Below, in pieces: positions 33,655 to 45,094 of a DNA stretch of 64,000 nucleotides. Numbering within the stretch: position 1 is the stretch's first letter; each line of letters opens with the position of its first letter. The notes under the pieces are model-generated. The model was not told the origin of the DNA and made no database searches. It was given only the letters and a program-made list of their open reading frames with translations. The translations under genes were made by a program, and so were the position numbers. Origin of the DNA: Flectonema sp. DT1601 (taxonomy: Eukaryota); assembly GCA_964019425.1 (NCBI GenBank), contig OZ025799.1:1-64000 (forward strand), given 5' to 3'.

Positions 33655-36600
33655 GTTGTGTACTGAAGGATACTTAACAAGAAAACAGTACGCAATTTGA
33701 TTCAAAAACGAATCCAACCGTACTTCAGTTCACAGATTCATTTTACTTCGTATTCCTGTTCTTCATGAGAATAATATAAAGTTTCGGCTAACGTTGCAAA
33801 ACTAATTTAATTCTGTCTTCGAGTTAGTTTTATGACAAAGCAGGAAGGCAGATAACGAAAGAACGGGAAGTGGAGAGGGAGCTTATAATAATAACCAGGA
33901 AATACACATTCCAAAAGGTATTAAAAAAAGCACAAATAAAAGTCCGATACCGATATGCTAATCCAAAGCACTCAACTCAAACTGCCAGGATTGGCTACTC
34001 ACATTTCTGCAAACGGAAGATTAAGCCACGGTAACGATTAGTAGTGTGGAGCAGAAGAACAAAAATAACTCACTCCGCGCGCTATGAAATACTGACGAGG
34101 ACTAGGTACTTAATCAGATTAAAAGAATCGTGACAGGGAGGAGAGTAGGTTTTCACATTCTCTCAACGCACTTGAAATAATCAAATATTCAGGCGGGAAC
34201 TTCTTCTAGTTAAATACTGACAAAGTTTCCCACCTAAATACTTAACATTCACAATAGTGTAACACTTTAACACTGACATACTTAACGGTTAAGATTCTGG
34301 TGTGTTCTTTGTCAATGGGAGTGACCTGTCTCACGGATTCTCTAAAACCTAATAAATAACATTCACTTCGAATAAGTTGGAAGAAACTTGAAAACGAAGT
34401 CTGAATCTAATCCTCGCAGTGAGATCACTGCGATACTTAAAAATAGATTAACAAAAAAAAAGAAATAAGAGCAAACAGAAACACCCTGTTAAGTGTTTAA
34501 ATAAATAAACCACGAAACCAGGTACATACTGCCTAAGACCACTTGTGGAGAATTTTTGAAAAATTTAAAATGTGAAAAATAGAGAGGAAAAGTTTGTGGG
34601 TGTCGGTATTGCTGCTCTTCAATCCGACATGAAGAAGGTCATCCATCGATTCTGAGTGTGATGGGTAAAAGGAGAAGGAAAAGGAGGACGGAGACATAAC
34701 AAAAAAAAAAAGAAGGCAGAACTAAAAAAAGATATTAGTTATCTATTTATTTATTTTCGAAAATCCTAACACTTATCCATCATCGTAAGCTTACAGGGTA
34801 TCAGCGAAAAGATCCCCGTTAGAAATAGTTATTTTTGCTACAGTTATCAAATAAATCATAGTTAGCATTTCCAGAACTAAGGGTCTGGACACCCAGAGGG
34901 TGAGACAATTCCCAGCTGTCCACCTTATCCAGAGACTAACAGATTTAAAAAAAAAATGATTAGGGAGTAAAAAAAAAAAAATCTTTTATATCCATATATA
35001 TATACCCTTATTCATAAAAAAATTATACGAATGCCGCTTTGGACAACACGAATAACTTTTCCAATCTAAGGAACCGAATCACAAGGAAGTTCTGAGACCC
35101 TCAGTTTTAACTACTCCGGACTCAATAATTGTTAACTGTGGAATGTGGATTGTTGTCAAAAAGAAGGTTACCTACCCAGAATATAGCAGCAAAGAAAAAT
35201 AATTTTTTTTTTTTAAATTAAAAAACATCAAACACCGCAGGCTGCTAAAAAAAAACTGCAGTAAAATGAAAACGTTAAAGGGGAGGAAGGGTAAAGATGA
35301 TCCAGAAAATCAGCTAATTCGCCGCAAAAGTAGTCACGTTGTGTTTGCTCTTGAAGGCGATGAAAATCATCGCCGTCTTCGGTAGTTAGTTAACTAACCG
35401 ACAAGCACGTTATGACACAGCTGAATGAACTGATCTTCTTGGCAACGTATTCCGGTATATCAGAGAGAAGCAATCTATTTGTTTTGCATTGAAAACTTGC
35501 TTCGAAAACTGAAGGAAGCTAGATAGTTGTTTATGCAACACAAACACGTATCATACTTCGAAGAAATATGATACTCGGGGTGTCTGTAGGAATCGTGGCA
35601 TGTGCCAGAACCGCAGAACCACAATTTGTATCGAAAGCAAGGAAAGAGTAAAGTTCATCATCAGATGTACTCTGCTGAGTACATCTGATGTACTCTGCTG
35701 AGTCATGTTATTCAGCACAACTTCAAGAACAGCACAGTAGTACAACTCAATTACAAAAAGAAAATAGAGAGAGAGGGAGGCAGGGTGAATTGCATAAGTT
35801 TTAAGGAATACCGTTTGAGCTACTCTTTTAGAGAAATGAGGGCTCTACTGTAATACAGGTCGATAGAATAATAAATGAATATCATTTAATATCTTGTGAG
35901 GCATTCTCCAACGGGAGAATCATACACGCTGTCAGTGTCAACAACGACAACTGATACTCTTCGGGGAGGAATGCTTATTCATCAGTCTGACAAAATGTCC
36001 AAATGAAGTTAGGGACGTGTCTTGTCAAAAAGAAATACCAATCATGATGATGATCATCTAATTAGTTAATAAGCAGTGGTTCAGAGTACTTGTACTCTAA
36101 CTCAAGATTCGACCAGCGAAGTTACAACACACTAATTACATGACAGATTCGTCTGGTTTGTTTAAAGAGAGGGAATCAAAATAAAAAAAAGTATTTAAAA
36201 TATCTTTAAAAAAAAGCAGCCCGCATCTCAGAATGTGTGCTGCAGGGAATAGAGTGGCAACTGTTGCCGAAAAGAACTTTCGGGGAAATAAAAAATGTTC
36301 AACGAGATTATAATAAAAGGCAATCCTACCCGAATATCGCCGCAAGAATGATTTGCGAGTCTCGCAAGTGTTGAAGAAAACGTTTGTGTTGTGAAGGGGT
36401 GGAAGAAGACATCAAGTTGGTATTTAACAACTGTCTTCGAACCGAAGGATAATCAGACTTCATAGTCTTCCTTGTCCAAATCGCACACACGAACAAAATA
36501 ACGGAAAGATGTTTCTATTTAAGTATCGCCTTCCGCAGAAAATGCATAAATGAACCAGGGAATACCTCCCCACACTGTTTTCAATAACACTTCTTGGACT

Positions 36601-37101
36601 GACGACGGCCAGTTAACAAAACTAAGGAAATGAAATTCTTAAAAAAAAAACACAACACAAAGCTGCCTGAATTAGCTGCAGCGGTAACGAGTAAGTGCTG
36701 TTGGGTTTGATAGATGGATGTTAAAAAGTACAAGAGGGTCGACAAGAGAATTCAGGGAAAGATCTGAGTTACCAAATACAAATATCACGTGTGTAATACA
36801 TCGAGAGTAATATTATGTATTTATATTTATGTTAGAACTCAGATGACACCAATCACAGAACTTTTATGGAATGAACACAACAGAAAACAATCAACAAGTG
36901 ACAGGAGACAGAGACTCAATCGGGGATAGTGCCATTAACAGAATTGTGACAGTCAGACCACAGATGAATATGTAAGTATTGGATATATGCAAACTGACAG
37001 TGTCATGAAATCAAACAACTCACTGCAGTATCAACTCTTGGCGGTATCGAACTGACTGACTTGGGAGAAAGGAGAGAGCATCGCTCATACTGAAAATGGA
37101 A

Positions 37102-37993
37102 CTAATTGTCGTCGTCATCGTCGTTGTTGTCATTGCTATCTTTGTTATCTTTGTTGTCATTCTTGTTATCGTTGTTGTCATTGCTATCTTTGTTATCTTT
37201 GTTGTCATTCTTGTTATCGTTCTTGTTATCGTTGTTGTCATTGTTGTCTTTGTTGTCATTCTTGTTGTCGTTCTTGTTATCGTTGTTGTCATTGTTGTCT
37301 TTGTTGTCATTCTTGTTGTCGTTCTTGTTATCGTTGTTGTCATTGCTATCTTTGTTATCTTTGTTGTCATTCTTGTTATCGTTCTTGTTATCGTTGTTGT
37401 CATTGTTGTCTTTGTTGTCATTCTTGTTATCGTTGTTGTCATTGTTGTCTTTGTTGTCATTCTTGTTGTCGTTCTTGTTATCGTTGTTGTCATTGTTGTC
37501 TTTGTTGTCATTCTTGTTGTCGTTCTTGTTATCGTTGTTGTCATTGTTGTCTTTGTTGTCATTCTTGTTGTCCTTGTCATCCTTGTTGTCTTTGTCATCC
37601 TTGTTGTCCTTGTCATCCTTGTTGTCTTTGTCATCCTTGTTGTCTTTGTCATCCTTGTTGTCCTTGTCATCCTTGTTGTCTTTGTCATCCTTGTTGTCCT
37701 TGTCATCCTTGTTGTCCTTGTCATCCTTGTTGTCTTTGTCATCCTTGTTGTCCTTGTCATCCTTGTTGTCTTTGTCATCCTTGTTGTCCTTGTCATCCTT
37801 GTTGTCTTTGTCATCCTTGTTGTCTTTGTCATCCTTGTTGTCCTTGTCATCCTTGTTGTCCTTGTCATCCTTGTTGTCTTTGTCATCCTTGTTGTCCTTG
37901 TCATCCTTGTTGTCTTTGTCATCCTTGTTGTCCTTGTCATCCTTGTTGTCCTTGTCATCCTTGTTGTCTTTGTCATCCTTGTTGTCATCATTA
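37102..37993 (-). repeat. Coding minisatellite: 18-bp (DDKDNK)n followed by N/D/K-rich higher-order repeats
   Basis: GTCATCCTTGTTGTC(C/T)TT units on the + strand, visible directly. Confidence 0.95.
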
Positions 37994-38712
37994 TCAAATT
38001 GACTTGGCACGCAAGTTAAGCAAGATGGTTTGCTTCCACCGTTAAAGAATCTACGAGGACACCAGTTCGACTGACACTGTCCCTTTACCCAGGCACAGTC
38101 AGAACCGGCAGCAGCACAATCGGAGTTACTCAAATCCTCACAAGCAGTTGTACGTACATTTGAAAACACACCCATGTGCAGGAGGTCAATTTCAGTAGCA
38201 GGTGTCGTAATGGTCTCACCTGCAGGAATTTGCTTTCTGAATGCCACCATGTGGTATTTATCCGAAACGTAAGAAAAACGAGGAGCGCAAGAACCAGTGT
38301 CCCAACCATCTGCAGGAAGCAGTCCAGTGTAGCGGCCGTTAGTGGTGTGGGAACAAGGAGGGCAGTGGTATACAACAACAATAAACTCACAGGGTTTGTT
38401 ATTACACGTGTCGGGTGGGCAAGTGAGAACGAAACTGGAGCCAGCGAGTATGACGGAGGTCTGGTCCGGAAAGTATGCCCTGGCTGTTGGCTTGTAAGCT
38501 AAGAAGTCCGGCACATTCCACAACCTCGCTTCAAGTCCAGAAATGGACCATCCCGGCATATCTCTAGAAACAGACTCTGGACTTAACGATATTAAAGTTG
38601 TTGATCCATCCTCCTGCATTCTATCAATCGAAACTTCTACATCTCCGTTGCACGCTGCCGTAGCCCCTGCGAAGGCGGAAAAGAAAAACAACGCCTTGAC
38701 GAATACTAACAT
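37102..38712 (-). CDS. Secreted Cys-rich protein with a long D/N/K low-complexity C-terminal tail
   Basis: Signal peptide MLVFVKALFFFSAFAGATA, Cys-rich domain (YHCPPCS, GWDTGSCAPRF), then (DDKDNK)n and N-rich repeats up to the stop. Confidence 0.85.
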   Translation of the reverse strand: MLVFVKALFFFSAFAGATAACNGDVEVSIDRMQEDGSTTLISLSPESVSRDMPGWSISGLEARLWNVPDFLAYKPTARAYFPDQTSVILAGSSFVLTCPPDTCNNKPCEFIVVVYHCPPCSHTTNGRYTGLLPADGWDTGSCAPRFSYVSDKYHMVAFRKQIPAGETITTPATEIDLLHMGVFSNVRTTACEDLSNSDCAAAGSDCAWVKGQCQSNWCPRRFFNGGSKPSCLTCVPSQFDNDDNKDDKDNKDDKDNKDDKDNKDDKDNKDDKDNKDDKDNKDDKDNKDDKDNKDDKDNKDDKDNKDDKDNKDDKDNKDDKDNKDDKDNKDDKDNKDDKDNKDDKDNKDDKDNKDDKDNKDDKDNKDDKDNKDDKDNKDDKDNKNDNKDNNDNNDNKNDNKNDNKDNNDNNDNKNDNKNDNKDNNDNNDNKNDNKDNNDNNDNKNDNKNDNKDNKDSNDNNDNKNDNKNDNKDNNDNNDNKNDNKNDNKDNNDNNDNKNDNKNDNKDNKDSNDNNDNKNDNKDNKDSNDNNDDDDDN

Positions 38713-39124
38713 TTTATTTAGAAATACTGAGAAGCTGAAGAACAGATAACAACTTAACTCTACCCAGAAATAAAAAGATTAACGCACCCAAACAAACTGG
38801 ATTAGAAACAATGTTTAGTTATTCCTGTGAAATGAATGAAATCAATAATTTCAACAGCTACTGTTGTCACAACAAGAGCTGACTCAATTGGCTTCAGTGA
38901 CTTGATTTAATGACACGATACGCTCCTGCTGCTGTCCAACCAGTTTTCATAAAATGTTACAACTTTGATAAATCACTTTTGGTACAACTCCATACTTTCG
39001 AAGTATTTCTCGAATGCTATTATTCAAGAAGTGAACTACTTATTGAGTTTTCTGAGAAACTCGCGGAAGACACAATACTTGTCAAACCGCACGGAATGAC
39101 GCCGAACGCGTTCTTGAAGTCATT

Positions 39125-39907
39125 TTATTTCCAATATCCACACGATTTGCATTTATTGTTATTTTTAAAGTTCTTAACAGAACACTGACTGCAATACCAA
39201 CTCCCCACTACGGGCAGAGGATCAAATTCATTAGCAGCGAGCTTTGGCTTAGTGCACGTCGGGCAGACGTCATTAACTGTCGGAACGATAGTTTTGCAAG
39301 GTTTACATATCCAACTGCTCTCAACATTAAAGGAACCATAAAGAGCTTTTGATTTTGGGGCACTGCAATTCCAACAGGTGCCTCTTCTTGATCTTACAGT
39401 TATTTCGTTAACATATAAACATTCTCCGCAAGCCCAGGTTCTGATTTTAGACGATAATTCACTCACTTGAGGATTGTCACAAGACGGACACTTCTCGAGC
39501 TGTTGTGGGTATCCGTATCCACATCCTCTACAGAAATGTATTTGTTTCTTTCTAGTAACACGCAACCAAGCTCTGTCTTCTACAGATAATAGATCTGTTG
39601 ATCTCGCAGTAATACTTTCTGTACTCTCATGTTGGGTGTACGCATCTCCCGTAGTCTGATCAGTAATCTTGTAACCAGTGTCACTTTCATATTTATTATA
39701 CCAATCTCTAGGCCGATCTTTAATCTCCGAAGGTTGCATCCTTCCGAGTCTCGAAAACCCGCTCTCTTTTCCTCCTGCTTGCTCTGATCCCGGCTCTGGA
39801 TATAACGTATCCGAAACTCCACGACGGCAGAATCGAACAGCAATGAACTCGCCCCTTCTTTTCATCTCCCTCAGCGTTCTTGACGCTGCTTCTGTTCGAA
39901 GCATCAT
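39125..39907 (-). CDS. RanBP2-type zinc-finger protein, possible mitochondrial presequence
   Basis: Four C4 fingers including WACGECLYVN...CWNC and WYCSQCSVKN...CKSC. Arg-rich N-terminus MMLRTEAASRTLR. Confidence 0.75.
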   Translation of the reverse strand: MMLRTEAASRTLREMKRRGEFIAVRFCRRGVSDTLYPEPGSEQAGGKESGFSRLGRMQPSEIKDRPRDWYNKYESDTGYKITDQTTGDAYTQHESTESITARSTDLLSVEDRAWLRVTRKKQIHFCRGCGYGYPQQLEKCPSCDNPQVSELSSKIRTWACGECLYVNEITVRSRRGTCWNCSAPKSKALYGSFNVESSWICKPCKTIVPTVNDVCPTCTKPKLAANEFDPLPVVGSWYCSQCSVKNFKNNNKCKSCGYWK

Positions 39908-40134
39908 TTGAAATGATCTGTCGGAATGAATTAGTACTACTGAAGTGGAGTTACTTCTCAGTGTTAGAAATAGTCGGTAGCTCAAAGCGGATGACGTATT
40001 AAATAATTCGTACCTGCGGAAAGAAAAATAATAATCAGAGAAGAGTACACAACAAAACCTAATAAAAGTATAAAATACAATCTACAAGTGAGTTTATCTG
40101 GTGCCACAGGCCGAACCTCTCTGTTGGAGAACTT

Positions 40135-42054
40135 CTAGTCCTTCGTCTTGGTGCCGCCAATTAACTCAGATCCCCGAAATGCGAGCTTTCTAACATCAGA
40201 CCTGCCGTTTAGATTTCGGGTTTTCAAAACAGCTAATTCGGCCTCGGCTGCTGCCCTCCTCTCCATGGTGGTGTCACGTATCGCTCCAACGATGTCGTGA
40301 GTGTCGATCTTTAGAATCAGATTCTCTGTTTCAAAAGGAAGGTGTTGATTCTTCCACTTGTTTCGATAGTAAAATCTGTCGCGGAGTGTGGCTGCCTGCT
40401 GGGCGGTGTTACAAAAGTCCCCATCAACAGCAACAATACAATCACCTTCTTGAATACCAAACTGCGCAGCAACACCTCCCCCGTCAACTTCCGATACCAC
40501 AACGGAGTCAGATGCCGGACCCAGACCAAGATTCTTATAAATCGGAGGCAGGTCTATAAATTTTAGACCAAGTTCCTCACTGGGCCGCAGTGGAATTATT
40601 TTCAAAAACTCCTTACGAGGTTGGCGCCTCCTCAAATCATCGAGAGCGTCTATCGTCTTATGTGATCGTGATGGAGAAAGTAGTACATTCAAAGTTGGTT
40701 CTGGTCCATACATTTCCATCAGTTCAGAAAGGAGGAGTTCAGGACACTTGCGATACTTTGGAGTTTGAAGTAGTTTTGTTGTTGAAGGAAGACAATCAGG
40801 ATCGTAGTGTCTTAAGAAACGAGCGATTCGTTCTTCCCAGTTTCCGGTCTCAATAATAACAGCACCAAGACGTTCCTCCAGTTCATCAATTCGCTTCTGC
40901 TGGCTCGTAATTGTGTTGGAAGCCTCCTCCCTCGCTCGTTTCTCTGCGTCGATATTCTTTTGGAGGATTCCAACTTCCAGTTTTCGAAGATCTTCAGTTA
41001 ATGAATGAGCTCTATTAACGTGAGTTATTTCATTATTAGAAACTGTTCTTGGAGTCTTCAAACCTTTGGCGGCGTCGTATTCTTTTTTATACCTCCATGG
41101 GAGGTCTGATGCGAGTGCCAAAATAGAACCCCCTCTCCAGGCTGCAATAATTGGATTCTCAATCCTATTGATATTAATTACCGTCCCAGTTGGTAGTTGA
41201 GCGATGAGCTCATTTTGAAGTCGTTCGAGGAGACCAGGAAGTAAGGAACTACCTCCAGTTATTATAATATTGTTGAATAAGATTTGAGGATCTATTTGGG
41301 ATCTCTTAGCAGCTGAAACAATCAATTCGTGCAGACCAACATGAAGTGTCGATGCATCAACGAGTAACTGTCGAGGGTAGAACAGTACTTCAGCTGCTCG
41401 GTACCGCTCGTTAGACATTTCAACTTTTATTACTTCACCTCCTCTAGTGTCGATATCAATTTCATAAGGAGCGATAACTTCCATCAGAGGATTTAATGAT
41501 ACGAAACATTGCATCTCTTTTACATTATTTAACACAGGAAGTGGTAACTCTTGCACATTTAACATCCTCGAGAGGCCGAGTGTTATATCCTTTCCAGCAA
41601 CTCTTGTTGATACTGTTGCTGATTGCTCCGTTTTACCTTGATGAACTATAGATGCGATTGAGTGACCTGATCCTGTTTCAACAATGATTCCTGTTTTTAG
41701 ACCAGCACTGCAAGCAGATAGGACTGCACTGTCTCCGAAGCAGAGAGTTGGAACTTTAAAAGTTTCAAATAATATTTCTGATGTCCTGCTCAACGCTTCT
41801 GGTGATTCTGTTGGAGGGGTCACTACGAGGACGGGATGGTCAGTTCCAAAATTTGTGAAAATCTCTTTCCAAATCCCTTCCATCCGCCCCCAGTCTACAA
41901 CAGTCCCACGATCTCTACATCTCAAACTTGCGCAGCCTGTTTCTGTCTCCACTACTACGTAACTTAAGAACACATGAGAAGGTTGATCTCCCGCAAACCC
42001 AGCCCTCACAGTTTCCCCTCCGATATCGACAACTAATATCGAAGAGGGGTCCAT
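40135..42054 (-). CDS. Actin-related protein fused to a coiled coil, a YGPEP helical module and a PDZ domain
   Basis: Actin motifs LVVDIGGETVRAGFAGD, LFETFKVP, ERYRAAEVLF, NIIITGGSSLLPG and AWRGGSILA. Then a coiled coil, RFLRHYDP...MYGPEP, and PDZ-like ELGLKF...VVVSEVDGGGVAAQFGIQEGDCIVAVDG. Confidence 0.88.
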   Translation of the reverse strand: MDPSSILVVDIGGETVRAGFAGDQPSHVFLSYVVVETETGCASLRCRDRGTVVDWGRMEGIWKEIFTNFGTDHPVLVVTPPTESPEALSRTSEILFETFKVPTLCFGDSAVLSACSAGLKTGIIVETGSGHSIASIVHQGKTEQSATVSTRVAGKDITLGLSRMLNVQELPLPVLNNVKEMQCFVSLNPLMEVIAPYEIDIDTRGGEVIKVEMSNERYRAAEVLFYPRQLLVDASTLHVGLHELIVSAAKRSQIDPQILFNNIIITGGSSLLPGLLERLQNELIAQLPTGTVININRIENPIIAAWRGGSILALASDLPWRYKKEYDAAKGLKTPRTVSNNEITHVNRAHSLTEDLRKLEVGILQKNIDAEKRAREEASNTITSQQKRIDELEERLGAVIIETGNWEERIARFLRHYDPDCLPSTTKLLQTPKYRKCPELLLSELMEMYGPEPTLNVLLSPSRSHKTIDALDDLRRRQPRKEFLKIIPLRPSEELGLKFIDLPPIYKNLGLGPASDSVVVSEVDGGGVAAQFGIQEGDCIVAVDGDFCNTAQQAATLRDRFYYRNKWKNQHLPFETENLILKIDTHDIVGAIRDTTMERRAAAEAELAVLKTRNLNGRSDVRKLAFRGSELIGGTKTKD

Positions 42055-43022
42055 TACTCTATATCACGACTGAGTAGAATAAATAAAATAATTATTAGTT
42101 CTCACTACTACCAATACCACACACTCACGTCTCTTTACTTCCATTAACTTGTCGACCTGTTTGATAAGTAAGCTCTTGAGATGTTAAAAATATTGCAGTC
42201 AGCCTCTGACAATGGGTTTAGATTAAAGTTCCAAATTAGTGGGAGGGATGGTGAATGCGATGGGGAGATCACTTTAATGCGCTGATAAAGAAGTGAGGGA
42301 TTGTTGTGTAAACGTATTTTACATTATTTTTTTGTACCCGTAGGCCTCATCGGAATTAAGAGACAAACAGATCTTCAATTTCTTTTTTAATTTTTAATTC
42401 ATTTCAGTGGCGTTAAACTTTTGTTTGTTAAGAAAAATAAGAAAATATTAAGCCTTAAATTTTAATGGGGAAAGAAAAGAAAACAAAAATACTTTTTTTA
42501 TGAAAAAAAAAAAAATAAACTCAAAACATGCACCAGCTATTTAGTATTTAAGATTGAAAAGGGAAGAGTCAAACACCAAACCTCTTAATGTGTCGCATAC
42601 AGAATTCGTTGGTGGCACTGGTGCAGGATACCCACTTCCTGTGCCCAAACATGTGGAAGCAACAGGTTGCTCTACCATGGCACATTTGACGCACTTTAGA
42701 CTTTTGAGAAAAAAATTAAAGGGGGAAAAGCTACCATAAGATCGGAAAGGGTTAATAAACTCCTACAAAACTACCTTTATGGAAATAGAAAAGTTTTACT
42801 ACAAAATTCGCTGTTCGAACTTGTTATATTGTTTCGTTTTAAAAAAATTAAAATATTTAACTCACCAAACACAATCAGATTATTATAATTTAATTCATTT
42901 TCAACCAAAGTCTAGATCGTGCGGCAAATGCTCTCAGTAATTCTATCTTTCAGACTGCTACGACAACCTACTTTGCATTTGTATGCATTCAAACAGCTAC
43001 CCAGACAGCAACTTCAACATCG

Positions 43023-44817
43023 TTAACTGAGAGAAGAAAACCCTCGAGGAGAGTGACGTGTGTCATTCATATCGAAATTGACTGATCGCTGAACTACTGA
43101 GAGATCTCCCTGTTTTATTATTGTTACAGTATAACTTACTACATAAGTTATATGTGATGGAAACAACAAAACACGGTAATGGATGTGAATAGTTCCCTAA
43201 AGAGATATAATAACATACCACTCCGTAGACAACAACATTATCACCGATATCTGTCTTCACGGAGTTTAGAGTTACCAAAGGAGAGGTTTGTAAGAATTGT
43301 GGAACAGCTTTACCAGATGAAAGTAACAAACGCAATAAAACAGTTATTGACAGCAATGCATCATCAGTTGGTGAGCCGTGAAAGTCGGGGACTAACACAG
43401 CGTTGTTCACATTCTTACGAACACAATCGGGTGTATTTTCAATTATTATTGTTTGATCAAGGTTTCTTCCAAGCCTCTTGAGGTCTTTTGCTTGTCCAAC
43501 CTGTCCAGTAAACCATTTACTGTGTCGATAAACACAATGATGAACTGTAGAGAAGTCCGGATCTATTTCTTCAAGTACCGCTTGAGCATAGCAGCGTTCC
43601 CCAGCTGTCCAAATGATTGTTTCGCAGCGATCAGACGTGCGGAGCATTCGAAGTAATTCATGACACCCTTGTCTAACAGTAAGCGGTCCTGCACGAGCAT
43701 AGACTAGAGTCTCATCAAGGTCTAACACCACTGTGTACTTACTTTGATTTGATAAACTCAGAGGAGGCACTAACGCATCAGTCGTATTATTCCAATCCAT
43801 CGAAGGTGACCTTTTCCTTGCTGGTGAGTGCGAGTAGGTTGCTACCTGCGACTGAAATTGAGGCCGTCCAGTCATCGAAACATCTCTCCTCGGGGAACCT
43901 ACTCCGACAGTAGGAGGAGGTCGTTCCCATTGAGAGATTCTCGAGATGATGTTGTAGTAAAACTTCTTACCAGTTGCAGGATCTGTTGCTTCTTGCCAGT
44001 CGTGAGGTAATGGGGCTGGTCGAGCGACTAAGGGTTCGTATTGAAGTTGTTGTTGTTGTTGTTGTTGTTGTTGTTGCTGCTGCTGCTGCTGCTGTTCAGT
44101 AGCTGCATTCCTGCGAGCTGTTACGTCAGCCCACCACTTATCCCATTCATCCGAAATCGAAACACCAGGTTGTGGTTCCTCTACTTTAGTTGTACCACGA
44201 GGGGAATTCAAGCTCCTCCTCTCTAAGACATCACTACCTGTTGCTTGATCTCTAACAAGGGATCCTAAATCTAATCTCCTAGAAGTATTTGATAAGTAAT
44301 CACTTATCTTTGAATTCATCGACAGCTGAGGCGTACTGTGAGGTGAAGTGTGCGTTCGTGGTGTACGGATCGGAGGAGTAGCAGGACGGACGACATCGCG
44401 AGATGCGTGATCGGAAACCTCCCTCTCGCGGTAGAGAACAGGGCTCGGGTTAGGACCCATGGCAGCGACGGATGGCATATTTCCGGGGAATCCGTTTGTC
44501 GAAAGTCTTCTTCTAAAGGGTTCGGGTGTTGGTGTTGTTGTTCGAGGAGAAGGAATTGAACCTGTTGAGGAATACCCACCTGGTGATCTCTCAATTGGAC
44601 TTCCTGAATTCGGAGAAAAACTTTCTGTTTGATATCTTCCAGTATTTGGTGGAGGAGTGTTGTACCTTTTCTGCCATTCCCTCAACTGACCCCATCGTTC
44701 TTCAAAAGACCTCACTCCCCCTATCTCGTGATCGGCAGCATATCTACCGTGGGGATGGTTACCCAAAACCGGCCCTCCGCTGTAACGCGATGAGTAAGAT
44801 GGTTGCGCAGCGAGCAT
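43023..44817 (-). CDS. FCP/SCP (CTD phosphatase-like, HAD) phosphatase with WW domain and polyQ; predicted intron 43110-43218
   Basis: VVLDLDETLV, IWTAG...YA, KDLKRLGR and IIENT. WW domain LPHDWQE...FYYN...QWERP. A GT-AG intron restores a plausible C-terminus. Confidence 0.9.
44047..44094 (-). repeat. CAG/CAA polyglutamine tract (16 Q)
   Basis: Visible trinucleotide run in frame. Confidence 0.95.
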
Positions 44818-45094
44818 TTGCGCGAACCTGTTTGGGGGGGAAGTACTTGATTGCGATGCAAGAAATGGTTTCAGAGAACTCTAACAGATTGAGAAAAGGA
44901 TAGTTCCGCCGACATCTTAAGTAAACTGACGGGGGGGGGAATGGTTTCATCAGCAGCATAATATTTGTGAACTATTATCGTGTCGATGATACTGAGCAAC
45001 TACCCACGACATGTGTTTGTACTTCTCATCTAATGCCAGAAGGTATCAGTCGTTCCATCCGTCTCAACGACAACTACTTCAGAGTTAGTCTCCG

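Noticed and set aside
35341..35408. Hammerhead ribozyme
   Set aside because: A three-stem layout and GUC/CCGAAGA are present on the minus strand, but the GAAA core after stem II is missing.
37020..38019. Hydrophobic V/I/L, S/L and T/M-rich ORFs
   Set aside because: Alternative frames and antisense shadows of the D/N/K repeat.
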